Made by a program: the position numbers and the translations under genes. A model generated the notes under the pieces. It was not told the origin of the DNA. It did no database searches and worked only from the letters and a program-made list of their open reading frames with translations. Below, one piece after another: positions 28,557 through 36,673 of a stretch of 37,242 nt of DNA; position 1 is the stretch's first letter, and each line of letters begins with the position of its first letter. The stretch is taken from UHGV virus genome UHGV-1405961. One strand, written 5' to 3'. The DNA is from a virus.

Positions 28557-28633
28557 AAGTTTACCTGCAGGTAAAAAACAAATCAATACCCACAGGTTAT
28601 TTACCAACAGGTAATCAAAGATAGAATTAAATC
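28557..28633. promoter_or_regulatory. OR region: CI/Cro operators (TTTACCTGCAGGTAAA and TTTACCAACAGGTAAT) with divergent pR (minus) and pRM (plus)
   Basis: Perfect 16-bp palindrome at ~28560-28575 and a related site at ~28600-28615. Minus-strand TTGATT-N17-TAAACT overlaps the first site (pR); plus-strand TAGAAT lies 8 nt before the cI ATG, implying a near-leaderless cI mRNA as in lambda. Confidence 0.6.
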
Positions 28634-29320
28634 ATGGATAAATACGAACAAAGACGACTAAGGCTGATAGAGATAAGAGACCGATTCTGTAATGGAAAGG
28701 CCTCAGAGTTGGCTCGTCGAATAGAAAGGGAACCATCATACGTTTCCAGAATGCTGTATCCGGAAGGAAAAAGCGGAAAAAAACGCATTGCTGACGATAT
28801 GATGGAACTAATTGAAAAATCTTTTAATCTCCCACGCGGATGGATGGACATGCTTGCAGATAGCAAAGTTGGATCTGCAGACCATCTTGAGTTTGCGGGT
28901 AACGTTCGTGCGGGTTTTGTTCCGGTAATTGGTGAAGCCGTTTTGGGAGTTGATGGCTCAGTGGATATGATTGAATTCAGATCCGGTTGGTTAAGCATCT
29001 ACAGTGGCGATAAAGATGCTTACGGTCTGAAGGTTAAGGGTGACAGCATGTGGCCAAGGATTCAGTCAGGAGAATATGTTGTTATTGAACCAAATACGCC
29101 AGTACATCCAGGTGATGAAGTCTTTGTAAGGACCAAAGATGGTCATAACATGATAAAGATCATGAACAAAACAAGAGACGGAGACTATCAGTTTAGTAGT
29201 ATAAACAGCGATCACCGTCCAATCACTCTTCCTGTTGAAGAAGTTGATAAAATGCATTTTGTTTCAGCTATTGTGAAACACACTAGGTACGTAGACCAGG
29301 ACGATCTGCCAAAATTTTGA
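28634..29320 (+). CDS. cI: CI repressor (N-terminal HTH, C-terminal S24 LexA-like autopeptidase)
   Basis: 228 aa; S24-type C-terminal domain motifs (VKGDSMWPRIQSGEYVVIEP, Ser-Lys dyad context) and divergent position from cro. Confidence 0.85.
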   Translation: MDKYEQRRLRLIEIRDRFCNGKASELARRIEREPSYVSRMLYPEGKSGKKRIADDMMELIEKSFNLPRGWMDMLADSKVGSADHLEFAGNVRAGFVPVIGEAVLGVDGSVDMIEFRSGWLSIYSGDKDAYGLKVKGDSMWPRIQSGEYVVIEPNTPVHPGDEVFVRTKDGHNMIKIMNKTRDGDYQFSSINSDHRPITLPVEEVDKMHFVSAIVKHTRYVDQDDLPKF

Positions 29321-29334
29321 GGATAAAGCAGCAA

Positions 29335-29631
29335 ATGTTTATACCAGGTATAGTGGTCGCTGTTGTAATCATCTGCTTCATATGGGCAAAGTTATCTCCT
29401 GTAAGCTCTAAGCATACAGCTGAACTCATGAAGAAGAAGCATCTTATACATGAGGCAGAAACGATAATTAAGAAGTTCAAAGGCATGTCATATGACGACA
29501 TGTCATCAGATCAGATTGCTATATATAAATGCGCCATTGAGCGTCTTGACTACTTAAACGGACTCAAACCCAAACACACCCCGGTAGAATCAAAATTGCC
29601 GCAATGGCCAAGCAATCCAAATAGCTTCTGA
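29335..29631 (+). CDS. Hypothetical small membrane protein co-transcribed with cI (rex-slot moron)
   Basis: 98 aa from ATG 29335 (track ORF starts at TTG 29317); N-terminal TM helix MFIPGIVVAVVIICFIWAKL; AT-rich; followed 12 nt later by a strong terminator. Confidence 0.55.
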   Translation: MFIPGIVVAVVIICFIWAKLSPVSSKHTAELMKKKHLIHEAETIIKKFKGMSYDDMSSDQIAIYKCAIERLDYLNGLKPKHTPVESKLPQWPSNPNSF

Positions 29632-29642
29632 CATCTCCTTTC

Positions 29643-29667
29643 AGCCCGCAAAGCGGGCTTTTTTATA
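29643..29667 (+). terminator. Rho-independent terminator ending the cI operon
   Basis: AGCCCGCAAAGCGGGCT followed by TTTTTTAT. Confidence 0.75.
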
Positions 29668-29683
29668 TCAATCCAAAAAATTA

Positions 29684-29770
29684 ATTACCTGAAAATTCAA
29701 ACAGGTAAACTCTCACACCAATTTTATTTACCTGCAGGTATAGACAACAGTTTTACCTGTAGGTATATTT
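29684..29770 (+). promoter_or_regulatory. OL operators and pL promoter
   Basis: Operator copies TTTACCTGCAGGTATA (29727-29742) and TTTACCTGTAGGTATA (29752-29767) plus a split site at ~29686-29710; pL -35 TAGACA (29741-29746), 17-bp spacer, -10 TATATT (29764-29769). Confidence 0.65.
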
Positions 29771-29809
29771 TAAGCCATCAGCAGGACGCACTAACCACCA
29801 TGAAGGTGA

Positions 29810-29840
29810 TGCTCTTAAAAATTTAGCCCTGAAGAAGGGC
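29810..29840 (+). promoter_or_regulatory. nutL (boxA-like GCTCTTAA, boxB GCCCTGAAGAAGGGC)
   Basis: The string TGAAGGTGATGCTCTTAAAAATTTAGCCCTGAAGAAGGGCAGC matches lambda nutL as recalled. Confidence 0.8.
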
Positions 29841-30108
29841 AGCATTCAAAGCAGAAGGCTTTGGGGTGTGGTGAAGCCAGCTAGTCACTGGCAAGTGCTT
29901 ACCTACTGTTGAGCGGTGAAGCGCTCCCAACGCTAGCAATAGCGTGGACGAGATGGGGAGCCGCGGGCGATAAGGCCGCCATAACGCGCACGTTGTCGCA
30001 TGGAAAAATCGCTGGGGTGCCGGTTATACCCCTCCGAATGAGACTCAACAAGCTGGAGCTAGACTACCAGCCACCACACCACCAAAGCTAACTGACAGGA
30101 GAATCCAG

Positions 30109-30435
30109 ATGGATGCACAAACACGCCGCCGCGAACGTCGCGCAGAGAAACAGGCTCAATGGAAAGCAGCAAATCCCCTGTTGGTTGGGGTAAGCGCAAA
30201 ACCAGTTAACCGCCCTATTCTCTCGCTGAATCGCAAACCGAAATCACGAGTAGAAAGCGCACTGAATCCGATAGACCTTACGGTGCTGGCTGAATACCAC
30301 GAACAGATTGAAAGCAACCTGCAACGTATTGAGCGCAAGAATCAGCGCACATGGTACAGCAAGCCACGCAGTGAAATGGGTGTGACTTGTGTTGGTCGCC
30401 AGAAAATGAAATTAGGCAGCAAACCACTTATTTGA
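30109..30435 (+). CDS. N: Antitermination protein N
   Basis: 108 aa, MDAQTRRRERRAEKQAQWKAANPLLVGVSAKPVNRPILSLNRKPKSRVESALNPIDLTVLAEYH.QIESNLQRIERKNQRTWYSKP, recalled as lambda N (Arg-rich boxB-binding motif); AGGAG Shine-Dalgarno. Confidence 0.9.
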   Translation: MDAQTRRRERRAEKQAQWKAANPLLVGVSAKPVNRPILSLNRKPKSRVESALNPIDLTVLAEYHEQIESNLQRIERKNQRTWYSKPRSEMGVTCVGRQKMKLGSKPLI

Positions 30436-30443
30436 GGTGAGAT

Positions 30444-30767
30444 ATGGAAGCATTAGTAGTAGAGCGAAGCGAGGATGGCTACTGGACGCACCCAGAATAC
30501 GCCAACCTGTTTGGGGATAGAGAGGCAATTTCAGCTGATGAGTTCAGATCTTTCTGCAAGCAGCATGGCATTGAATCATCAATTGTTGAAATGGAAAACG
30601 ACAACAATCAAACGGTAATTGACGCGTATTTTGAAGATGGGAATCCAAACATCAGTGGATGGGAGCCAAGCATGCCAGATGGAGAAGGATGGTTTGTCGG
30701 TTCGATTCACGATACAGAAGACGGTCCGATCTGCGTTTGGTTCAGGAATGTAGATAAGGCCGCATAG
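30444..30767 (+). CDS. Hypothetical acidic protein (early-left operon)
   Basis: 107-aa ORF with GAGGTGA Shine-Dalgarno immediately after N. Confidence 0.5.
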   Translation: MEALVVERSEDGYWTHPEYANLFGDREAISADEFRSFCKQHGIESSIVEMENDNNQTVIDAYFEDGNPNISGWEPSMPDGEGWFVGSIHDTEDGPICVWFRNVDKAA

Positions 30768-30804
30768 TCGGCCTTTATTTTGGGCATAAACAACAGAGGT
30801 GAAT

Positions 30805-31092
30805 ATGAAAGAGTTTAAGGGTACGCCTGGTAAATGGAAGTACACGGTTAGAAACGTCAACGAGATGATGACTACGTTCCATGGTGTGACGATTGGTGAC
30901 ACATACATTGAAGCAGCAACAAGAAATGAAAGGGAGGATGCGCTACTGATAGCGGCAGCACCTGACCTTCTCGAAGCACTTCAGTTATTACTTAAGCAAA
31001 CCAAAAATAGAACAACGACAACATATCCAGAATGGTATGAAGCTGTTAATAAAGGTCTTGCAGCAATCAGAAAAGCTCTTGGGGATAAGTAA
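30805..31092 (+). CDS. Hypothetical protein (early-left operon)
   Basis: 95 aa from ATG 30805, 5 nt after AGAGGTGA; the track ORF begins at an upstream GTG (30799). Confidence 0.5.
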   Translation: MKEFKGTPGKWKYTVRNVNEMMTTFHGVTIGDTYIEAATRNEREDALLIAAAPDLLEALQLLLKQTKNRTTTTYPEWYEAVNKGLAAIRKALGDK

Positions 31093-31280
31093 TGAAAGTA
31101 AAAATAACTGCTTCTAATACCAGTTTTGTTAGTGTTGGTGATATTACAGAAGTAATAACAAACCATGATGGAACACAAGTTATGTGGTCTGATTTTTGTA
31201 AAAGATATGAGCGAGTCACTTGGTGTAAACTCGTATGGGGAGTCGAATACGAAGAATTACCTGAAATGCATGACGAATAA
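31092..31280 (+). CDS. Hypothetical protein, AT-rich
   Basis: 62-aa ORF whose ATG overlaps the upstream stop (TAATG). Confidence 0.4.
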   Translation: MKVKITASNTSFVSVGDITEVITNHDGTQVMWSDFCKRYERVTWCKLVWGVEYEELPEMHDE

Positions 31281-31375
31281 GCACTGTGTATTCATTCCAA
31301 CGAGTGAATACACGGAGCAATGTCGCTCGTAACTAAACAGGAGCCGACTTGTTCTGATTATTGGAAATCTTCTTT

Positions 31376-31402
31376 GCCCTCCAGTGTGAGGGCAATTTTT
31401 TT
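31376..31402 (+). terminator. Rho-independent terminator inside the pL operon (tL-like, N-antiterminated)
   Basis: GCCCTCCAGTGTGAGGGC followed by AATTTTTTT, immediately before the GGAGG Shine-Dalgarno of the next gene. Confidence 0.65.
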
Positions 31403-31414
31403 GACGGAGGATAT

Positions 31415-32383
31415 ATGAGTGAAGTAACAGATTTAGTTGTTATTGAAAAAGCAAATGCAATGACTGTATTTCAGTCTGCCGACCAGATTGAAGAAATTCT
31501 CCAAAAGGTTGAACGTGAAGTTATGTCCTTTGTGCCTGATATCACAACGGCAAAGGGCAGAAAGGAGATCGCTTCTCTGGCGTATAAAGTTGCGCAGACG
31601 AAAACATATCTCGATGGTCTTGGCAAAGACCTTGTTGCTGAACTGAAGGAAATTCCAAAGCTAATTGATGCTAACCGCAAGACAGTGCGTGATCGCCTTG
31701 ATGAACTGAAAGCCAAGGCGCGCCAGCCTCTTACTGATTATGAGGAGGAACAGGCACGGATTAAAGCCGAAGAAGAAGCTAAGTCAGCAGCTGAAGCTCT
31801 CGCAAAGCAAATTGAGTCTGACCATGAAATAGCGATTTTGATGGATCGCGAATTTGACCGCCAAAGAGAAGAGGCAAGACTCAAAGCGGAGCAGGAAAAG
31901 CGAGAGCATGAAGAACGCTTAAAAAGAGAAGCTGAAGAGAAAGCCAGAGCTGAAGCCGAAGCAAAGGCAAAAGCCGAAATTGAAGCAGCAGCAAGGCGAG
32001 AAGCAGAAGCTAAGGCCGCAGCGGAACGTGCAGAGCGTGAACGCATTGAAGCCGAGCAACGAGCACAGCGCGAAGCAAAAGAGGCAGCAGAACGAGCTGA
32101 AAGAGAAAAGCAGGCAGCAATTGAAGCAGAACGCAGAAAAGCACAGGAGGAGGCTGAACGAATCCGGCGCGAGGCTGAAGCAAAAGAGCAAGCCAGAATA
32201 GCAGAAGAAAAAAGAATCAAGGAAGAAGAAGAGCGTAGAGCAAAGGATAAAGCTCACCGGAAAGAAGTAAATAACAAAATACTTGCTGACCTTATCAAGG
32301 TTGGCGCATCAGAAGATGTTGCTAAAAATATCATAACAGCCATCGTAAAAGGCGAAGTATTCGCAACAAAAATAACCTACTAA
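31415..32383 (+). CDS. Hypothetical coiled-coil protein with a long Glu/Ala/Arg/Lys-rich low-complexity region
   Basis: 322 aa from ATG 31415 (GGAGG 5 nt upstream); globular N-terminal ~100 aa, then ~180 aa of EAKAKAEIEAAARREAEAKAAAERAERERIEAEQRAQREAKE-type repeats. Confidence 0.6.
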   Translation: MSEVTDLVVIEKANAMTVFQSADQIEEILQKVEREVMSFVPDITTAKGRKEIASLAYKVAQTKTYLDGLGKDLVAELKEIPKLIDANRKTVRDRLDELKAKARQPLTDYEEEQARIKAEEEAKSAAEALAKQIESDHEIAILMDREFDRQREEARLKAEQEKREHEERLKREAEEKARAEAEAKAKAEIEAAARREAEAKAAAERAERERIEAEQRAQREAKEAAERAEREKQAAIEAERRKAQEEAERIRREAEAKEQARIAEEKRIKEEEERRAKDKAHRKEVNNKILADLIKVGASEDVAKNIITAIVKGEVFATKITY

Positions 32384-32407
32384 TAAAACCAACATAAGGA
32401 ACCACCC

Positions 32408-32539
32408 ATGATTTACGCAATCGCGGGAGGCGCTCGCATGGGTGCCTTCCAATTAAATGAATCTTTACTTGAACGAATCACCCGTAAATTACGTGACGGA
32501 TGGAAAAGAGTTGAGGCCTTATTATGCGCAATGAAATAG
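32408..32539 (+). CDS. cIII: CIII (protects CII by inhibiting FtsH)
   Basis: 43-aa ORF absent from the track (<60 aa): MIYAIAGGARMGAFQLNESLLERITRKLRDGWKRVEALLCAMK. The core ESLLERITRKLRDGWKR matches lambda CIII as recalled; AAGGAA Shine-Dalgarno. Confidence 0.6.
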   Translation: MIYAIAGGARMGAFQLNESLLERITRKLRDGWKRVEALLCAMK

Positions 32540-32676
32540 CCATCAATCACCAGATGCTTCGTGCAGCACAGAACAAAGCAGTAATAGCCAGATTTATTGG
32601 TGATTCAAAAATGTGGATTGAAGCAAATAAAGCGATGAAATCAGCTATCAACCTTCCGTGGTATCGCAGGAAATGA
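32524..32676 (+). CDS. kil: Kil-like small protein (position of lambda kil)
   Basis: 50-aa ORF, MRNEIAINHQMLRAAQNKAVIARFIGDSKMWIEANKAMKSAINLPWYRRK, immediately after cIII and overlapping its 3' end. Assigned by position and size; the sequence is not verified. Confidence 0.35.
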   Translation: MRNEIAINHQMLRAAQNKAVIARFIGDSKMWIEANKAMKSAINLPWYRRK

Positions 32677-32751
32677 GTTTTACAGATAACTGGTCAGACG
32701 AAGAATTCATTCGTCAGATGAAAGAATTAATCGGTAACGAAGGAGATATTC

Positions 32752-32922
32752 ATGTCACTTGCAACCACAGTGAAGGAGAGCAAGTTACAGAGGCGCATGT
32801 ACACGCAGCAGGCGTTAATGTATCGCCAGAAGGGCGATCGTGAAGGTGTTCGCGTCTTTTTAAATGCGGCAAAGACCGAAGTATTAAATCAGCGTTATTT
32901 CCTTGGTCCATGTCCATTCTGA
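32752..32922 (+). CDS. Hypothetical small protein (56 aa); an alternative overlapping frame exists at 32673-32843
   Basis: MSLATTVKESKLQRRMYTQQALMYRQKGDREGVRVFLNAAKTEVLNQRYFLGPCPF, GGAG 7 nt upstream, stop 10 nt before erf. The competing frame (MSFTDNWSDEEF...) is translationally coupled to kil; both cannot be fully coding. Confidence 0.3.
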   Translation: MSLATTVKESKLQRRMYTQQALMYRQKGDREGVRVFLNAAKTEVLNQRYFLGPCPF

Positions 32923-32932
32923 GAACAATCAT

Positions 32933-33538
32933 ATGAGCAAAGAATTTTACGCAAGACTGGCAGCTATTCAGGAGAATCTGAACGCGCCAAAGAATCAGTA
33001 CAACTCATTCGGCAAATATAAATACAGAAGCTGCGAAGACATTCTTGAAGGCGTTAAGCCGCTACTGAATGGCCTGTTTTTATCAATCAGCGATGAAGTT
33101 GTGTTGATTGGTGATCGGTATTACGTGAAAGCCACGGCAACTATTACCGATGGCGAAAACAGTCATACGGCAACCGCCCTTGCACGAGAGGAAGAAAGCA
33201 AGAAAGGAATGGATTCTGCACAAGTTACGGGAGCTACAAGCTCTTATGCACGCAAGTATTGCCTCAATGGTTTGTTCGGCATTGATGATGCGAAAGATGC
33301 AGATACAGACGAGCATAAACATCAGCAGAACGCAGCAGCAAAGCAATCAAAACCATCACCTACACCTGAACAGGTTCTAAAAGCATTCACTGACGCAGCA
33401 ATGCAGAAAAACACCGTAGAAGAGCTTAAACAGGCGTTCGCCAAAGCGTGGAAGATGCTCGAAGGCACACCGGAGCAGCACAAAGCGCAGGACGTTTACA
33501 ACATCAGACGAGACGAATTAGAAGGAGCGGCTGCTTAA
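32933..33538 (+). CDS. erf: ERF-family single-strand annealing recombinase
   Basis: 201 aa from ATG 32933; N-terminal region KNQYNSFGKYKYRSCEDILEGVKPLL fits the ERF annealing domain; coupled (TAATG) to the SSB gene. Confidence 0.65.
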   Translation: MSKEFYARLAAIQENLNAPKNQYNSFGKYKYRSCEDILEGVKPLLNGLFLSISDEVVLIGDRYYVKATATITDGENSHTATALAREEESKKGMDSAQVTGATSSYARKYCLNGLFGIDDAKDADTDEHKHQQNAAAKQSKPSPTPEQVLKAFTDAAMQKNTVEELKQAFAKAWKMLEGTPEQHKAQDVYNIRRDELEGAAA

Positions 33539-33918
33539 TGGCACATTCGATTACTGTAAGACTAAACAAGCCCGCAAGAGAGTTTCAGGCCGGGGAAAAT
33601 ATCGGATTCAACATCCGTGCTGGCGTTCAGTATTACGATCGCCAGACAAAAAAGAAAGAATGGACAAACTACAGCGCCGTTGTATTTGCCAAGCCGGGAG
33701 CGCAAGCGGATTACTACCGTAGTGTTCTTGTTGAAGGTGGCATTGTGGAAATTACCGGAGAAAACATCAGGGTTGATGTTTATCAGGGGCAAAATGGTCA
33801 ATCAATCACCCTTGAATTACTGAATGCAAAGATTGGATTTGCAGCTTCAGGAAATGGCCAGCAGCAAAGTAGTAACCAGCAGAACACTCCTGAATACGAA
33901 GATTCCATCCCCTTCTGA
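33538..33918 (+). CDS. ssb: Phage single-stranded DNA-binding protein (short SSB with acidic DSIPF tail)
   Basis: 126 aa from ATG 33538; OB-fold-like N-terminus, Gln/Gly/Asn-rich linker, C-terminal ...PEYEDSIPF resembling the SSB acidic tip. Confidence 0.6.
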   Translation: MAHSITVRLNKPAREFQAGENIGFNIRAGVQYYDRQTKKKEWTNYSAVVFAKPGAQADYYRSVLVEGGIVEITGENIRVDVYQGQNGQSITLELLNAKIGFAASGNGQQQSSNQQNTPEYEDSIPF

Positions 33919-33941
33919 TTTAGAAAAATAAGGATTTAATT

Positions 33942-34238
33942 ATGCCAGCGCCTCTGTATGGTGCGGATGACCCGCGCCGCTGTTCCGGCAAATCCGTATC
34001 GGAGGTGCTGGATAAATTCAGAAAAAACTACGACCTGATAATGTCGCTACCGCAGGAAACGAAAGAGGAAAAGGAATTTCGCCACTGTATATGGCTTGCA
34101 GAGAAAGAAGAACGCGAGCGAATTTACCAGACATCAATCCGACCATTCCGCAAAGCCACATATACCCACTTCCCTGAATATATCGACCCGCGCCTGCGTA
34201 ATTACCGCTCACGCTATGGCGCTATCAGTAATGACTGA
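33942..34238 (+). CDS. Hypothetical protein (possibly Abc/anti-RecBCD-like; unverified)
   Basis: 98-aa ORF with AAGGA Shine-Dalgarno directly after ssb. Confidence 0.5.
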   Translation: MPAPLYGADDPRRCSGKSVSEVLDKFRKNYDLIMSLPQETKEEKEFRHCIWLAEKEERERIYQTSIRPFRKATYTHFPEYIDPRLRNYRSRYGAISND

Positions 34239-34248
34239 GGAATTAACA

Positions 34249-34539
34249 ATGAAAACAATGAAGCTAAACATCGACCTCGGCAAATACGTTATTACCGGAA
34301 CCAAACACGACCTGATTCTTAGTGAAAGAGGAATTATCAAAGAAGGTGAGAATGCAGGGAAAGAAACACTAAGCCGTATCGGTTATTACAGCAAGTTTGA
34401 GCATCTGGTTAAAGAGTTATGTAACCGTGAAATCCTGTTATCTCAGGCGCAGACGCTACAGGATATTCAGCAGCATATCGAAACTTTAGGTATGTCACTT
34501 AGCATGGCTATTGACCAGTTCGTGGAGAGTAAATCATGA
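34249..34539 (+). CDS. Hypothetical protein
   Basis: 96 aa from ATG 34249 (GAGGA 8 nt upstream): [62 protein letters not shown]... Confidence 0.5.
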   Translation: MKTMKLNIDLGKYVITGTKHDLILSERGIIKEGENAGKETLSRIGYYSKFEHLVKELCNREILLSQAQTLQDIQQHIETLGMSLSMAIDQFVESKS

Positions 34540-34703
34540 GAGGACTTGCATACAATCCCGGCATTCTTCCGGCAGAAATGATTATTCGCCAACGCGTAAA
34601 GCCAATGCCATCGAGAGAGGAATTGCTTAAGAGAAAGAGTTTCGGTTCTGTTAATGACAACAAATATCTGAATGCGATGTGGCGCAAAGGAGGCAACCAG
34701 TGA
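34536..34703 (+). CDS. Hypothetical small protein (55 aa)
   Basis: Not in the track; ATG overlaps the upstream stop (ATGA): [55 protein letters not shown]. Confidence 0.35.
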   Translation: MRGLAYNPGILPAEMIIRQRVKPMPSREELLKRKSFGSVNDNKYLNAMWRKGGNQ

Positions 34704-35365
34704 GCAAGATTGACTATCAGGTACTGCGTGAGGCAGCAGTAGCAATTGAAACAGTAGCAACACCTCAAAAATTGCTGGCATTTCGTATGAAAGTAACACC
34801 TCAGGTTGTGCTGGCTCTACTGGATGAACGAGATGCATTAAATGAACGCCTAGCCGAACTGGAGGCTGATTTAGCAGGGCTGGCCGAAGACCACCAGAAA
34901 GCGACTGAGTCAATTAAGCAGGCTGATGCAGCTGTTAAGTTGGCACACGAGAAGTTTTCGGCGCTGGCGGCGGAGAATGCGGGGCTGAAAGACACTCTAT
35001 CAGCAGTGATTGACCGCAGTAACGAGCCTGATTATCAAAGCATCGGAATGGGCTGTGGTGTTGAGGATAACGGTCTTCAGACTGACGGTTATAACGCCTG
35101 TGAATATGGATGGCGCGAAGCAATGGATCGCATTTACTCAGAAGTTATTCCAGACACTATTCCTGAAACCCCGGCGACAGACGCCTTCCTGGCTGAAGTG
35201 CGGGCGCATGACCTCAACGCTTTCATTCGGCATCACAGTGCAGAACTGGATGCGCATATTAAAAACGGTGGTGAGCAGTTCGACGAAAAATCAGTACGCA
35301 TCAGAGACATCATCGTCTCAGCCCGCTTGTTCAGGGAGCAGATTCGCAAGGAGGCCGCCCAATGA
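34700..35365 (+). CDS. Hypothetical protein
   Basis: 221 aa from GTG 34700, 6 nt after AAAGGAGG (the track start at 34679 is an upstream in-frame GTG); internal coiled-coil segment. Confidence 0.55.
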   Translation: MSKIDYQVLREAAVAIETVATPQKLLAFRMKVTPQVVLALLDERDALNERLAELEADLAGLAEDHQKATESIKQADAAVKLAHEKFSALAAENAGLKDTLSAVIDRSNEPDYQSIGMGCGVEDNGLQTDGYNACEYGWREAMDRIYSEVIPDTIPETPATDAFLAEVRAHDLNAFIRHHSAELDAHIKNGGEQFDEKSVRIRDIIVSARLFREQIRKEAAQ

Positions 35366-35706
35366 GCAACATCGACAAACAGGCGTTAAATCAAGAAAAA
35401 ATTGAATGGCTCAATAAATTAGCTGATATGGAGTATTGCAAAAGCAATCCTGGGCATTGGCTGATGAGCTTGAAGGATACAAACATGCTTGCGAAATTGG
35501 CTCTGCGCTCAGTGGCGCTACTGGATGAACTGGAAGCCGCAGAGAAGCGAATCGCTGAACTGGAAGCGAAGCTCGATAGCGCAGATAAATTGCAAGATAG
35601 CGCATTTCGTCATGGTCTTCAGCATGGCTTCAGTTTAGGTCAAACGGATAATCAGGCTGGATTTGAAGAGTGCTTATCTGCCTATGGCACCGGTAAAGGA
35701 GAGTGA
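35362..35706 (+). CDS. Hypothetical protein
   Basis: 114 aa; AAGGAGG Shine-Dalgarno; ATG overlaps the upstream stop. Confidence 0.5.
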   Translation: MSNIDKQALNQEKIEWLNKLADMEYCKSNPGHWLMSLKDTNMLAKLALRSVALLDELEAAEKRIAELEAKLDSADKLQDSAFRHGLQHGFSLGQTDNQAGFEECLSAYGTGKGE

Positions 35707-35981
35707 ATGTGAAAAATTATCTCAGCAATTTAGCCAGCATGCTTCAGGGGATTGCAGGTGTCATTTCAGACGGCGAGCGGGTGCAGAAAGAGTGCCCTGC
35801 GCACTTAAAGTCAGCACTACTCGAGGCTTCTCACGCGCTAGATGGTCAATCGGTCAGGGTCAATTATCCGCCTAATGGAAAGCCTGAAATTGTTAATGCC
35901 CGCGGACACCATCGACCGCTTACCTTCCGGGAACGAGTGGCAATCCGCTTACTTGGTGGCAGGACGGAGATTCGCCCATGA
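35703..35981 (+). CDS. Hypothetical protein
   Basis: ~90-aa ORF with GTG start (35703 or 35709) overlapping the upstream stop. Confidence 0.45.
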   Translation: MNVKNYLSNLASMLQGIAGVISDGERVQKECPAHLKSALLEASHALDGQSVRVNYPPNGKPEIVNARGHHRPLTFRERVAIRLLGGRTEIRP

Positions 35982-36673
35982 GCACTATTACCAGAGAACT
36001 GGCAAAGCTGTTCAGAAAAATTACGAATTCTGAAATTGATGCGGAGGGTAACGCTCATGTTGTTTTATCTCCTGCTGATAGCCTCCTGATTAATAATGCG
36101 CGTATCGCGCTGGCATCGCTCGAAGCGGAGCCTGTGGCGTGGGCGCACAGATTAATCAACAAGCGTAACGGAGTCGTTCACCCTTGGGTTTACGGTAGCG
36201 CAGAGGCGTGTCCAAGCGAGGGGGATATCTTCAATATTGAGGTAATGCCGCTCTACACCGCCCCTCCAGCGCCGGTAGCTGTGCCTGAGTGTTTCAAGCG
36301 CCTTCTCCACCATGCTTACGGCATGACAATGGGGCATGACTGGAACAAAGGGACTATGGCTGGACATCACCGCGCCAAGCTGTGTCAGGCTGTTGATGAG
36401 TGCCGGGCAGCCATGCTTCAGGGTGCCGAACCTGTAAGTAATCGTGATGAGTTGCCAGATGGCTGGGTGGCTTGCAGTGATCGGATGCCAGAGAACAAGC
36501 CAGGTAGCTATGAGTATTTGGTATTCGAGTCGCTCAATAATGGGGTGCATCACGATTACTGGAATGTGCCTGATGTAGGTGATAATTGTCAGTTCACACC
36601 ATTCTGGAATCATTACGACCGCTATGTAACCCACTGGATGCCACTGCCAGCAGCACCGCAGCAGGAGGCATGA
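35978..36673 (+). CDS. DUF551-domain protein
   Basis: 231 aa; C-terminal DGWVACSDRMPE...YLVF...HWMPLP pattern typical of DUF551 proteins found in lambdoid early-left regions. Confidence 0.65.
   Translation: MSTITRELAKLFRKITNSEIDAEGNAHVVLSPADSLLINNARIALASLEAEPVAWAHRLINKRNGVVHPWVYGSAEACPSEGDIFNIEVMPLYTAPPAPVAVPECFKRLLHHAYGMTMGHDWNKGTMAGHHRAKLCQAVDECRAAMLQGAEPVSNRDELPDGWVACSDRMPENKPGSYEYLVFESLNNGVHHDYWNVPDVGDNCQFTPFWNHYDRYVTHWMPLPAAPQQEA

Noticed and set aside
31738-32257. Minus-strand ORFs (160 aa and 112 aa, Ser/Ala/Cys/Phe-rich) overlapping the 322-aa gene
   Set aside because: They are antisense shadow frames created by the GAA/GCA/AAG-rich coding repeat on the plus strand; low-complexity composition and no ribosome-binding site.
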